This document shows, piece by piece, positions 1 to 10,033 of a DNA stretch of 64,000 bases. The DNA lies in contig JAXSMZ010000002.1 in the NCBI GenBank assembly GCA_037924335.1, forward strand, positions 70,338 through 134,337, written 5' to 3'. The stretch is from Aquificaceae bacterium. Lineage in GTDB: Bacteria > Aquificota > Aquificia > Aquificales > Aquificaceae. A model generated the notes under the pieces. The model was not told the DNA's origin. It was given only the letters and a program-made list of their open reading frames with translations, and did no database searches. How positions within the stretch are numbered: position 1 is the first letter of the stretch; the number at the start of each line of letters is the position of its first letter. Made by a program: the position numbers and the translations under genes.

Positions 1-60
1 AAGTGTCAAGGGGTCTTTATGTTTCTAAACTTCTATATGCGTCTATAAACTTCTATATAT

Positions 61-453
61 TCAGTGATTAGTTTCTAATACCGCTTCTCTCTTGTCGACA
101 GCCAAAAGTAGGGATGGGTCTGGATACCTGTGGCTTTTCTTGTTCCTCCTCCATACAAATAATCTTTTGTAATAGTCTTCTGTGTCTATTGACTTTCTCT
201 CTACTATGCTTTCAACAAGCAAGATTGTTATTCTCGTCTCGTCGGATACCTCTTGGGACGAACATCCATAGGCAGGGCTTAGAGGATGAGGCTCTACAAA
301 ACTCTCTACTCTGCCTTTATAGAACTCGTAGACTTCTTCCTTATTTATTTCCTCCACGCATTTACCTATAGCATCGCCTATAGCTTCTCCCAACATGGTG
401 CCCCTGAACTTACTATAATGCTTTCGTAGAAGTAACTTACCACATCTTTCCAA
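61..453 (-). pseudogene. ADP-ribosylglycohydrolase (DraG/ARH family), N-terminal fragment
   Basis: KFRGTMLGEAIGDAIG and VSDET motifs; only ~130 aa versus ~300 aa typical; start uncertain, overlaps the topA 3' end. Confidence 0.7.
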
Positions 454-1988
454 TCCTTTTTCCCCTCCTCAACAGCGTCTAAGGACAGTTCCATAAGTTT
501 AGTAAAGTTATAATCCATGAGCTTTTCAAAGTTATCGCTTAGGTACTTAGTCACATGGAAGGCTATCTCCGTAGGCTTTAAGATACCACCTTCAGCCGTG
601 ACATAACCCCTCCTCAACAGCGTGCTTACTATACTGCTGTAAGTGGATGGCCGACCAATGCCAAGCTTTTCCAATGTTTTGACGATCGTCCCTTCTGTGT
701 ACCTTGGTGGAGGTTCCAATGACCTCTCTTCCACGTAAACCCTTTTGGGCTTTAGAATCTCACCTTTTTCCAGCTCAGGAAGATGCCTTTCTTCGACCTG
801 TGGCCTTTCTATTTTTGAGAAACCATCGAAAAGAACCTTCATCCCATCGCACTCAAAAGGAGCATCAAAACCTACGGTAGATAGGATAACAATCTCCCTT
901 TTAACTTCCATGGGAGATGAGAGGCTTGCCAAGGTTCTTCTTTTGATGATATCAAAAAGCATGAGCTCCATCTCCTCTGTTGGGGTTTTGTAAAGAGAAG
1001 TTGGTCTTATGCATTCGTGAGCTCCCTGAGATAGAGACCTCTCTTTAAACTTTCTGAGCGTTCCTATGTACTTCTCACCGTAAAACCTTCCAATAAACTC
1101 CATAAACTCTTTTGCTTTCTTCTCGTTCATCCTGTAGCTGTCTGTCCTTGGATAGGTTATGTAACCCTTCTCAAAGAGTTTTTGGGCTATCTTTTGAACC
1201 TTTTCTACGCTTACATGGAGCTCTTTGGAAGCTACAGCTTGAAGGCTTGCTGTGTTAAAAGGTCTTGGTGGTGGTGATTTGAGGACTTTTGTTATTTTTT
1301 CTTTCACTTCAAAAAGGGAACCTTCAAACTTTTCCATGTGTACCTTTGCATCCCCGGGTTTTTCAAACCTTGTCTTGAAGGTAGCTTCAAACTCTATTCC
1401 ATCCTTCTCAAACGTAGCCTTCAAATAGTAATACTTCTTTCTCTTAAAGTTTTTTACCTCCATCTCCCTTTCCACTATGAGCTTCAAAGCTGGGGATTGT
1501 ACTCGTCCAACGGATAGATTGTTTTTACCAAACTCTCTCCATAGATAGGGTGATAGCCTATAGCCAATGAGCCTATCTAAAACCCTCCTTGCAAACTGAG
1601 AGTAAACAAGGTTTATGTCTATATCCCCAGCATTCTTTATGGCATCCTCTATCGTTTCTTTTGTAATCTCGTAAAATCTTATCCTCTTTACACTCTGTGC
1701 TTTGAGCTCTTCCTTCAAAAAGTAAGATATGGCTTCTCCCTCCCTGTCTGGGTCTGTCCCAAGGTAGACTACCCTGGCTCTTTTGGCAAGCTTTTTTATC
1801 TTATCCACCATCTTTTTCTTGCCAGCTATCCATACGTATCTTGGAGTCAAGGTTTTAAGGTCAACTCCCATGCTATCTTTTGGTAGGTCCTTTATGTGTC
1901 CAAGAGAGGCTACAACCTTCCAACCACTACCAAGATATTTAGCTATGGTTTTTGCCTTTGTTGGTGACTCAACTATGAGAAGGTTCAT
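378..1988 (-). CDS. topA: DNA topoisomerase I (type IA), short form without C-terminal Zn ribbons
   Basis: LLIVESPTKAKTI, TDPDREGEAI, GRVQSPAL, ITYPRTDS, GIGRPSTY. Confidence 0.97.
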   Translation of the reverse strand: MNLLIVESPTKAKTIAKYLGSGWKVVASLGHIKDLPKDSMGVDLKTLTPRYVWIAGKKKMVDKIKKLAKRARVVYLGTDPDREGEAISYFLKEELKAQSVKRIRFYEITKETIEDAIKNAGDIDINLVYSQFARRVLDRLIGYRLSPYLWREFGKNNLSVGRVQSPALKLIVEREMEVKNFKRKKYYYLKATFEKDGIEFEATFKTRFEKPGDAKVHMEKFEGSLFEVKEKITKVLKSPPPRPFNTASLQAVASKELHVSVEKVQKIAQKLFEKGYITYPRTDSYRMNEKKAKEFMEFIGRFYGEKYIGTLRKFKERSLSQGAHECIRPTSLYKTPTEEMELMLFDIIKRRTLASLSSPMEVKREIVILSTVGFDAPFECDGMKVLFDGFSKIERPQVEERHLPELEKGEILKPKRVYVEERSLEPPPRYTEGTIVKTLEKLGIGRPSTYSSIVSTLLRRGYVTAEGGILKPTEIAFHVTKYLSDNFEKLMDYNFTKLMELSLDAVEEGKKDWKDVVSYFYESIIVSSGAPCWEKL

Positions 1989-2004
1989 AATATATTAAAG
2001 ATAT

Positions 2005-4275
2005 ATGAGGGATAAGGATTTAGAAAGGCTTGAGTTTTTTAAACTTTTGGAAAGAGTTGGGGAGTTTGCACATTCTAAGGCAACGGAGAGGTTCATAAGA
2101 AGCATAAGACCCATCGTGGACTGTGAGGGTTTGAAAAGAGAGATGGGTCTTGTAAGTGACTTCTTTGCTATAGAGGAAGAGCTTAGCCTTTACGCTTTTG
2201 ATGATGTGGAGGAGATAATAAAGAAGTCCAGCATAAAGGATTACGTTTTAAGCGTAGAGGAGATAATATCTCTTCTAAAAGTAATGAAACTCATAAGAGA
2301 CATAAGGAAGGTGTTAGGGGGACACGTAAACACATACTCTAACCTGCATCAACTCATCAGGGGACTTCCACTTTTTTCAAACCTTGAGAGCATCATAGAA
2401 TCTGCTATAGATACGAGAGGTTTCGTAAAGGACTCGGCCAGTGAGGACCTTAGGGAGATAAGACACAGGATAAGGAACACTGAGAGAGAGGTCATGAGAA
2501 GGCTTGAAGGTTTACTTTCCAGGCCTGATTCTCCTGCCATCTTCTCGGATAAGTTTGTAGCCTTTAAGAATAACAGGTATGTCCTTCCTGTGAAAGCTAC
2601 AGAGGCTAAAAAGATAATAGGTGTGGTTCATGGTACTTCATCATCTGGTTTTACAATTTACATAGAACCCCACAACGTGGTGGAGTTAAACAATCAGTTG
2701 GTAGCTCTCAGGGGTGAGGAAGAGGATGAGATAAAAAGAATCCTGAGACGGATAACGGCTTACATAGGTGAGCAATCCAGTAAGCTTCATGAAGCCTTTC
2801 TTACCCTGCTGAAAGTAGATTATCTCAAAGCCCTTGCAAAGTTTTCCAAACTCATAGACGGTAGGATCATAAGGATCGGTAATAATGTGGAGTTAAAAGG
2901 GGTTAAGCATCCAATCCTGATGCTTATAAAGGAGGATGTGACCCCTATAGACCTTATCATCTCAGGAAAAAGAGGGCTTTTACTGACTGGCCCCAACACT
3001 GGTGGGAAAACACTGGCTCTAAAGACCCTTGGGCTTGTATGCCTTATGTTTCAATGTGCAATGCCAGTTCCGACGGATGAGGAGAGCTCCCTTCCTGTGT
3101 TTGAAAACATCTTCACAGATATAGGAGACGAGCAGAGTATGGAGCAAAACCTTTCCACTTTTTCTGCTCACGTATCCAACATAGGAGAGTTTTTATCACA
3201 GCTGAACCAAAGAACTTTGGTGCTGATAGATGAACTTGGAGCTGGTACAGACCCAGTCGAGGGGTCTGCCCTTGGAATAGGGCTTTTGGAGTACTTTAAA
3301 AAGAGCAATGCCTATGTCTTTGCAATCACACACCACACACCCATAAAGCTCTATGCTCTTGGGTCTGATTATTACACTCCAGCCAGCGTATCCTTTGATA
3401 AGGAAACACTAAGACCACTCTACGTTATCCATTACAACGTTATAGGAGAGAGTATGGCCTTTGAGGTAGCAAAAAGACACGGTCTGCCCCAAGACTTGCT
3501 TGAGATTTCTCAAAAGTATCTTCCAGCTGGGACCTTAGAGTACATTACAGCTAAAGAGAATTTAGAAAGTTGCATAAGGGACTATCAAGAAAAGCTCAGA
3601 GACGTGGAAAACATGAAATTGGAGCTCCAACAGAAGAAGGCAGAGCAGGACAAGGCTCTTTATGAGCTTGAAAAACAAAAAGAAGATGTTTGGAACAAAG
3701 TTATGGAGGATGCCCTCAATTACTTAGAAAAGCTCAAAAGGGAAGGTGAGGAGCTTCTAAAAAGTGCAAAAGAAAGGCAGAGGCTTAGGGATTTTGTCCA
3801 AGAGAAAAGGAAGGAAGTCATAACTACGATGAAAAAAGAAGAGATAAGAGTTGGTGACTGGGTAGAGTTCATGGGTTCAAAGGGAAGAGTGATAGAAATA
3901 AAAAAAGAAAAAGCATGCGTGGTTTTTGGTGGTGCTAAAGCATGGACACCCCTGTCTGAGTTAAAAAGGTCTGAGCCTCCTCCAAAAGGGGCTGAGGAGA
4001 ACATTGCAGTAAGCTTCGAGGTCAGGCGTGGGACCATGTCGGAGATAAACCTAATAGGATTGCCTGTGGATGAAGCCCTCCGCAAGCTTGAGCTTTTCTT
4101 GGAGGAGGCAAGCAAACTATCCATCAAAAGCGTCAAAGTGGTACACGGTCATGGCTTCATAAAAAAAGCCGTGGAGGAGTTCCTTTCCAATTCAGACCTT
4201 GTTGTTTTCCACAGGGAAGGTTATCCAAAGGAAGGAGGTAGCGGAACCTCCATCCTTTACTTGAGAAAAGATTAG
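2005..4275 (+). CDS. mutS2: MutS2 endonuclease / ribosome-collision factor
   Basis: TGPNTGGKT, DIGDEQSMEQNLSTFS, DELGAGTDP, C-terminal Smr domain (VVHGHG...GGSG). Confidence 0.96.
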   Translation: MRDKDLERLEFFKLLERVGEFAHSKATERFIRSIRPIVDCEGLKREMGLVSDFFAIEEELSLYAFDDVEEIIKKSSIKDYVLSVEEIISLLKVMKLIRDIRKVLGGHVNTYSNLHQLIRGLPLFSNLESIIESAIDTRGFVKDSASEDLREIRHRIRNTEREVMRRLEGLLSRPDSPAIFSDKFVAFKNNRYVLPVKATEAKKIIGVVHGTSSSGFTIYIEPHNVVELNNQLVALRGEEEDEIKRILRRITAYIGEQSSKLHEAFLTLLKVDYLKALAKFSKLIDGRIIRIGNNVELKGVKHPILMLIKEDVTPIDLIISGKRGLLLTGPNTGGKTLALKTLGLVCLMFQCAMPVPTDEESSLPVFENIFTDIGDEQSMEQNLSTFSAHVSNIGEFLSQLNQRTLVLIDELGAGTDPVEGSALGIGLLEYFKKSNAYVFAITHHTPIKLYALGSDYYTPASVSFDKETLRPLYVIHYNVIGESMAFEVAKRHGLPQDLLEISQKYLPAGTLEYITAKENLESCIRDYQEKLRDVENMKLELQQKKAEQDKALYELEKQKEDVWNKVMEDALNYLEKLKREGEELLKSAKERQRLRDFVQEKRKEVITTMKKEEIRVGDWVEFMGSKGRVIEIKKEKACVVFGGAKAWTPLSELKRSEPPPKGAEENIAVSFEVRRGTMSEINLIGLPVDEALRKLELFLEEASKLSIKSVKVVHGHGFIKKAVEEFLSNSDLVVFHREGYPKEGGSGTSILYLRKD

Positions 4276-5564
4276 CAGGGAGAACCGGGTGAACCGCTAC
4301 AGTCTTTGCAAAGGTGTATGGGATGAACACCAAATATGGTATTTAGCATGCTCTCTTCGAAGAAGGGAGCTACGTCTCCACGCTTTACCTTCCATAGAAA
4401 GTACTTTTCAAAAGCTGTCTTAAACCAATGCATCCATACAGCTTTTTTGTACTTTACCACCGACCTTGGTGGAAGCACTGGGGATGCAAAAAATCCCATT
4501 GCATCACCTCCCATGTCTGCTATGCATATGGCAGAGAGCTCTGGTGCGTATCTATCCGTTGAGTTTCTTATGTCATTTACTATGTTATGAGCAACGGCAA
4601 GTGCCATCTGTTCTATCATCATCCCTGTCTTTGGAGCTCCAGTAGGTATGGGTGTTTGTTCAACTGGTGGTATGGCTGTTACAACTCCAACGCCGTATAT
4701 GTTTTTGTAAGTTGGGTTTTGGAAGCATCTGTTGACCAGGACCATCTTGTTGGCTGGGTTTGCCACCTTATCACCGGCAGAAGCAACCACATCTGGACCC
4801 ATAAACCTGGGCATGATCATGGAAAGCTTGCATGGTACTTCGTAAGTTTTTCCTTCTAAGTCTTCGTATATCACCTTATCCTGTTCTACCTTTGTTATCT
4901 TTACGTTAGTTATGTACTTTATACTCCTCTCTGCCATGATGTCTTCCATGAGCCTCCTTGATGGTCCTACACCACCAAGTCCCATGTGTCCTACGTAAGG
5001 TTCTGATGTTATATAGGTTATGGGTACTTTATGTCTTAGTCCCCTCTTCTTGAGTTCGTGATGTAGCATAAAGGCAAACTCGTAGGCTGGACCAAAACAG
5101 CTAACGCCAGGTATTGCACCAACAACCACTGGTTCAGGGTTCTTGTAAAACTCCTCAAGCCTTCTGTTTAGTTCCATGGCATGTTCTGCTGTACAAACTG
5201 ACGTGGAGTTCTGCTCCTGTCCCTCTGCACCAAAGACCAGTTTGGGTCCCGTAGCAATTACCAGATAATCGTAAGATATCTCTTTGCCACCTTTGGTTTT
5301 TAGCTTGTTTGCATCTGGGTCTATGCTTTCACCGTCTTCGTTTACAAAGTCTATGCCATGTTTTGAAAGCAGTTGTGCTAACGGAAGCGTTATGCTGTCA
5401 AAGGTTCTCCAACCTAAAGCAAGGTGAGGATAGGCAGGTGTAAAACCAAAGTAGGGCCTTCCTGACACTACAGTTATCTTTACGCTTTTATCCAACTTCC
5501 TGAGGTCATAGGCAGTGGCTATTCCGCCCATTCCACCGCCTAATATGACTACATGCTTACTCAT
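4272..5564 (-). CDS. sqr: Sulfide:quinone oxidoreductase
   Basis: GGGMGG FAD fold, SVCT, SCFGPAYEF, PKTGMMIE, AICIADMG. Confidence 0.95.
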   Translation of the reverse strand: MSKHVVILGGGMGGIATAYDLRKLDKSVKITVVSGRPYFGFTPAYPHLALGWRTFDSITLPLAQLLSKHGIDFVNEDGESIDPDANKLKTKGGKEISYDYLVIATGPKLVFGAEGQEQNSTSVCTAEHAMELNRRLEEFYKNPEPVVVGAIPGVSCFGPAYEFAFMLHHELKKRGLRHKVPITYITSEPYVGHMGLGGVGPSRRLMEDIMAERSIKYITNVKITKVEQDKVIYEDLEGKTYEVPCKLSMIMPRFMGPDVVASAGDKVANPANKMVLVNRCFQNPTYKNIYGVGVVTAIPPVEQTPIPTGAPKTGMMIEQMALAVAHNIVNDIRNSTDRYAPELSAICIADMGGDAMGFFASPVLPPRSVVKYKKAVWMHWFKTAFEKYFLWKVKRGDVAPFFEESMLNTIFGVHPIHLCKDCSGSPGSPC

Positions 5565-5712
5565 AACTTCACCTCCTTAGAGTTTTGATCAAACCAGCTT
5601 ATAATTATATAATAATTTCTGTCAAATGTAAAAAATATTTAAAACTCTTTTTATCATTTTTATGCTTTGGTAGTATAATTAATTTTATGAACTCAGTCAG
5701 GAGGTAAGTAAA

Positions 5713-6231
5713 ATGGAATCCTCAAGGAGAGACATGCTCAGCCTGGCCATTGGTGGCCTTGGAGCTGTGGGGGTGTTAGGAGTTCTTTATCCTATAGTAA
5801 AGACCCTTGCTCCCAGTGCAGCTTCCTTGGCAGGTGCCAAAGTAGAAGTGGATATTTCACAGATCCCAGAAGGGAACGTAAGGGTTGTGTCATGGAAGGG
5901 GAAGCCAGTGTTTGTTGTACATCTCCCTGCAGACTTTCAGTGGAATGGAACAACAAAAGAGGATACAAACAAGAAGCTGTTACAAGGGCATAATGCTTAT
6001 GCTCTTATAGCTGTATGCACGCACTTGGGCTGTGTACCCCTCTGGAAGCCTCAGGGTGAAGCAGAGTATAATTACCCAGTCTTTCACTGCCCCTGTCATG
6101 GTGGCTTTTATTCTCCATGGGGTGACAACATAGCCGGACCTCCACCCAGACCTCTTCATATACCGCCTCAGAACATAAACGGCAACAAGCTAGTCATTGG
6201 AGAATCTGGGTTCATAAAAGAACAAACCTAA
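5713..6231 (+). CDS. petA: Rieske Fe-S subunit of cytochrome bc complex
   Basis: Tat signal SRRDML; CTHLGC and CPCHGG. Confidence 0.96.
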   Translation: MESSRRDMLSLAIGGLGAVGVLGVLYPIVKTLAPSAASLAGAKVEVDISQIPEGNVRVVSWKGKPVFVVHLPADFQWNGTTKEDTNKKLLQGHNAYALIAVCTHLGCVPLWKPQGEAEYNYPVFHCPCHGGFYSPWGDNIAGPPPRPLHIPPQNINGNKLVIGESGFIKEQT

Positions 6232-6243
6232 GGAGGTGTTAGC

Positions 6244-7434
6244 ATGCTTGGAAGGATAGGAAGATGGATAAATGAAAGGGCTCATTTTGACGAACTCTGG
6301 AAGTCTCAGATGGTTGACTATAAAGTTCCTAAGAATTTAACCTTTCCCTATGCCTTTGGAGTCATGGCCATTTTGGCCTTTGTCATTCAGATAATATCTG
6401 GTATATTCCTCACCATGTACTATCAACCCAACGTACATGCAGCCTTTGACAGCGCCAATTACACCATATTGAAAGAAACACCTTTCATGTGGCTTTTCAG
6501 AAACGTACACGCAGCCGGTGCCAACTTCTTCTTGGCCATTGTCTACCTTCATATGTTTACTGGTATATACTACAACGCTTACAAAAAGCCAAGAGAACTC
6601 ACATGGATAGTAGGTTGGTTCATATTCTTTGTTCTTCTTGCAACTGCCCTTTCTGGCTACCTTCTTCCTTGGGGACAGCTCTCCTACTGGGGTATGGTAG
6701 TTACAACGGAGATACCGACGGCAATTCCTGGAGTCTTGGGAGAGACCATATCCATATGGATGAAGGGTGGGTACGAGCTTGGGCAGATAACCCTTGGAAG
6801 GTTCTTCGGTCTTCATATATGGCTTTTACCTCTTATCCTCCTTGGTCTTGTTGCTTTTCACCTTTATCTTGTTAGGGCTGCTGGCATATCAAACCCAGAG
6901 GGTGTGGAGATAGATAAGAAGAAGGAAGGGGTTCCATTCCATCCTTACATGACATTGAAAGAGGGTGCTTACGTTATGGGCTATTTAGCTGTATTCTTCT
7001 TCTTTGTTTTCTTCTACATGCATCACTTTCTACCAGCGGATAACTTTGAGCCTGCTGACCCATTCAAAACACCAGCACATATAGCCCCCGAGTGGTACCT
7101 TCTTGCCTTCTACACCATATTCAGGTCCATACCAGAAAAGTTTCTTGGTTTTATAGCCTTTAGCCTGACTCTCTTTTTGCTACTTTTACTTCCTTTCCTT
7201 GATTTTTCCCCACAGAAGAGTGCAAGGAAAAGGCCCATCTTCTTTGTTATGTTTATCGTGCTGATAATTTCTTCTATGGCTCTTACCATACTTGGGACCA
7301 TGCCACCGACGCCCGTAAACGCCAAGCTTGGACTTTTGTTTACAGCGTTGCTCTTTGCATTCTTTTTGTCTTTACCCATCATCTCAGTTATAGAAAACAG
7401 CCGCATCAAAGGTAAAAGGGAGGTAAAAACATGA
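6244..7434 (+). CDS. petB: Cytochrome b
   Basis: GYLLPWGQLSYW, PEWY motif, heme His pairs. Confidence 0.97.
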   Translation: MLGRIGRWINERAHFDELWKSQMVDYKVPKNLTFPYAFGVMAILAFVIQIISGIFLTMYYQPNVHAAFDSANYTILKETPFMWLFRNVHAAGANFFLAIVYLHMFTGIYYNAYKKPRELTWIVGWFIFFVLLATALSGYLLPWGQLSYWGMVVTTEIPTAIPGVLGETISIWMKGGYELGQITLGRFFGLHIWLLPLILLGLVAFHLYLVRAAGISNPEGVEIDKKKEGVPFHPYMTLKEGAYVMGYLAVFFFFVFFYMHHFLPADNFEPADPFKTPAHIAPEWYLLAFYTIFRSIPEKFLGFIAFSLTLFLLLLLPFLDFSPQKSARKRPIFFVMFIVLIISSMALTILGTMPPTPVNAKLGLLFTALLFAFFLSLPIISVIENSRIKGKREVKT

Positions 7435-8060
7435 TAAAGACAGTGTTCTTTACTGCTTTAGCCCTTATCTTCTTTTATATAATATGGATAAACAACATCT
7501 TTGCTCCCCATGAAAAGTACGAAATGCCAGTCCAGTATGCTAAAATAGCGGAGGACGTAAAGTACGCAAAGGAGGGTAAAGAACTTTTTGAACAGAACTG
7601 TACGGCATGCCATTCTGTCAGGTACGATGGGGTATATCCATCGACCATGCAAACAAACCCCAATCTAAAAGCCCTTCAGGAAAAATACGGTAAAGTGCTC
7701 CCAAGGGAAGTTTACGAATCTACTTTCAATACAGAACTGAGCCAGCTAAAAGAGTCCTTTGGAAAAATTCCCCCTGATCTATCAACCATCTACTTATCAA
7801 GGGGAAAAGAGTACCTCTTCAACTTTATACTGGAACCACAAAAGGTGCTGCCTGGGACAACTATGCCCCCAGTGATGACTGGAAGGCCAGAAGAAACGGC
7901 CAAGATAATAGCTTATCTTGGCTCTGTCTCAGAACCTTCTCCCTCTGAAAAAACAAAAAGAAACATCATGGGTATAGCAGTTATAGCTTACTTGGTGATT
8001 ATGGGTTTGCTCCTTTGGGTTTGGAGAGGCAGTTTGCTTAAGAGGATGGGCTTGCACTGA
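7431..8060 (+). CDS. petC: Cytochrome c1
   Basis: CTACH, PPDLS, PGTTMP, C-terminal TM helix; operon position. Confidence 0.93.
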   Translation: MIKTVFFTALALIFFYIIWINNIFAPHEKYEMPVQYAKIAEDVKYAKEGKELFEQNCTACHSVRYDGVYPSTMQTNPNLKALQEKYGKVLPREVYESTFNTELSQLKESFGKIPPDLSTIYLSRGKEYLFNFILEPQKVLPGTTMPPVMTGRPEETAKIIAYLGSVSEPSPSEKTKRNIMGIAVIAYLVIMGLLLWVWRGSLLKRMGLH

Positions 8061-8682
8061 CACACATATACCTTATAGGACATCCCCCACATAGGGGGAT
8101 GCTTCTACAATAAACCTTTGCATGTTCGTCCATCAAGGCATGGAACTCTTTGTAAACTTCAATATCCTCTGGTAAATTCTCTTCAAAAACGGTTTTTAGA
8201 CCCTCATAAGAAAGACTCAGATTGTAAAACCTTTGGAAGAACCGCTGTGTATATCTATCTATCACAAAGGTAAGCCTGTCCCCTGCATAGAGGAGTATAA
8301 CGTCGGCAGTCTCATTCCCTATACCCTTCAATCTCAAGAGTTCATCCCTTTTCACAGTCTTCAGGGACTCTATTGGATTGAAAAATTTGGCAAGGAGCTT
8401 TAACCTTTCTGCTTTCTGGTTGTAAAATCCAGCAGGTCTTATAAGTTCTTTTAATCTCTCCTCATTTTCTCTGCGAACGTAATCTAAGGATAGCTCTCCA
8501 TACACTTTCAGGTTATATAGTGCCTTTTCTACGTTTTTCCAGCTTGTGTTCTGTGTGAGCAAAGCACCTATTATTATCTCCTCCCTTGGGTCTGTGCCTC
8601 TTTTTAGGTGATACTCTCTGTCTATTGGCCACCATCCTTGGTAGCCATAGAATTTCAAGAGCATGTCATAGACTCTTATCAA
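8038..8682 (-). CDS. Endonuclease III-related HhH-GPD glycosylase
   Basis: GALLTQNTSWKNVEKA, LKGIGNETADVIL, C-X6-C-X2-C-X5-C cluster; TTG start inferred. Confidence 0.9.
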   Translation of the reverse strand: MIRVYDMLLKFYGYQGWWPIDREYHLKRGTDPREEIIIGALLTQNTSWKNVEKALYNLKVYGELSLDYVRRENEERLKELIRPAGFYNQKAERLKLLAKFFNPIESLKTVKRDELLRLKGIGNETADVILLYAGDRLTFVIDRYTQRFFQRFYNLSLSYEGLKTVFEENLPEDIEVYKEFHALMDEHAKVYCRSIPLCGGCPIRYMCVSASPSS

Positions 8683-9256
8683 GCTTCCTTTTAAGCTTCT
8701 TGAAGACTCTCTCTGGACTTTTGCCATAATCCTTACCCAATTTTATGGCTTCATCAAGGCTTATGTATCCTTCCCTTCTGAATAGCTGGATAAGCTGTGT
8801 TACGTTCTTCTTTCTTTTACAGCTCAAATTCCCCCTTTCAAAGTCTATGATGTAGACTTCTCCCCTTTTGTCTATTATCACGTTCCTGTCAAGTCTTTGA
8901 AATTCCTCCTTTGATATGCACATCTCATCAAGGAGAAAGGCAAGCTCCAGTACTCTTTTATAAATCCTTTTCTTCTTTTCAAAGGTCAAGGGAAATCTCT
9001 CGAATGGCAATCCTTCTATAAACTCGTAGGCTATAAAGTCCTCTCCTTCTAAGATGAGCTGTGGAAAACCCTTTATGCCCTTTAGCTTTCTTAGTATCTC
9101 CCCTTCCTTTTTTATGGCGTACTCAAGATGCTTACCCCTTGCCACCTTCACTGCAACTTTTTTGCCGTCAAAGAGAGCCTTATAAACATAACCTCTCCAC
9201 CCCTTACCTACAAGCTCAATATGTGTAAGCCTCTCTCTAAACTCTTCAAACCTCAC
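8666..9256 (-). CDS. Small Ser/Thr kinase-like protein (RIO/Bud32-like fold)
   Basis: GKGWRG loop, VAVK, IIDFE. Confidence 0.8.
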   Translation of the reverse strand: MRFEEFRERLTHIELVGKGWRGYVYKALFDGKKVAVKVARGKHLEYAIKKEGEILRKLKGIKGFPQLILEGEDFIAYEFIEGLPFERFPLTFEKKKRIYKRVLELAFLLDEMCISKEEFQRLDRNVIIDKRGEVYIIDFERGNLSCKRKKNVTQLIQLFRREGYISLDEAIKLGKDYGKSPERVFKKLKRKLDKSL

Positions 9257-9458
9257 CTATAACTTTGTATCCCCACTCTTCTATAGCTTCTTTGAGAGCT
9301 TCCTCAGGTATGTCTTTTTGCATAAGGATCCTCACTTCCCCGCTTTCTAAATCAACCTTTACTTCAGACACACCATCCATAGACATGAGGGCTTTTATAA
9401 CAGTGTTTACACAGTGCTGGCATGTCATACCGCTCACTCTTAACCTTTTCTCGCCCAT
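9246..9458 (-). CDS. copZ: Copper chaperone (HMA domain)
   Basis: GMTCQHC, 70 aa. Confidence 0.9.
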   Translation of the reverse strand: MGEKRLRVSGMTCQHCVNTVIKALMSMDGVSEVKVDLESGEVRILMQKDIPEEALKEAIEEWGYKVIGEV

Positions 9459-10033
9459 AGGTATTTAATTATAGCTTTTAGGTCTTCCCTTGTGTTCATG
9501 TTTATGAAAGAGCAGAGCTCTGGGTCAAGGGAAAGTACCTCATCTTCCTTTATACAGTTGTATCTTACCCTTTCAATAAACTCTATCACCCTCCTTTTCC
9601 CTTCAGAAAGATAAATTTCCAGCTCTGGAAGAACTCTCTTTGAGTAAATACCCAACAGAGGATAAAGTTTACCTCTTATCAAAAAAACTGTTATAGGCTC
9701 TTGAAATCTTCTGAAGATGTAATCCACAACCTGAGGCTCTAAAAGGGGAGTGTCGACAGCAACCACAAGAACCTTATCGCTCTTTGCATTCTTTAATGCA
9801 GTATGAATACCTATCAAAGCTCCTTGGTCCTGAAGTGTATCATGTATAAACTCCACACCTTTTAAAAACTCAAACTTTTTCTCCTCCTTCCCTACAACAA
9901 CCAAACGGTCGCAAACTCCTTTAAGTCTGTCCGTTAGGTGTTCTATGCAGCTTTTCCCCTCTATCAGAAAAGTAGCTTTGTCCTTCCCGAACCTTCTGCT
10001 CTGACCACCCGCTAAAACAAAACATTCCCTCAT
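9440..10033 (-). CDS. mobA: Molybdenum cofactor guanylyltransferase
   Basis: VLAGGQSRRFGKDK, VDTP, FINMNT. Confidence 0.93.
   Translation of the reverse strand: MRECFVLAGGQSRRFGKDKATFLIEGKSCIEHLTDRLKGVCDRLVVVGKEEKKFEFLKGVEFIHDTLQDQGALIGIHTALKNAKSDKVLVVAVDTPLLEPQVVDYIFRRFQEPITVFLIRGKLYPLLGIYSKRVLPELEIYLSEGKRRVIEFIERVRYNCIKEDEVLSLDPELCSFINMNTREDLKAIIKYLWARKG

Noticed and set aside
9380..9390. TTAAC+CTTTTC match to the element-B TAM and guide seed near the copZ start
   Set aside because: Only 6 guide nt match; expected by chance in 64 kb of AT-rich DNA
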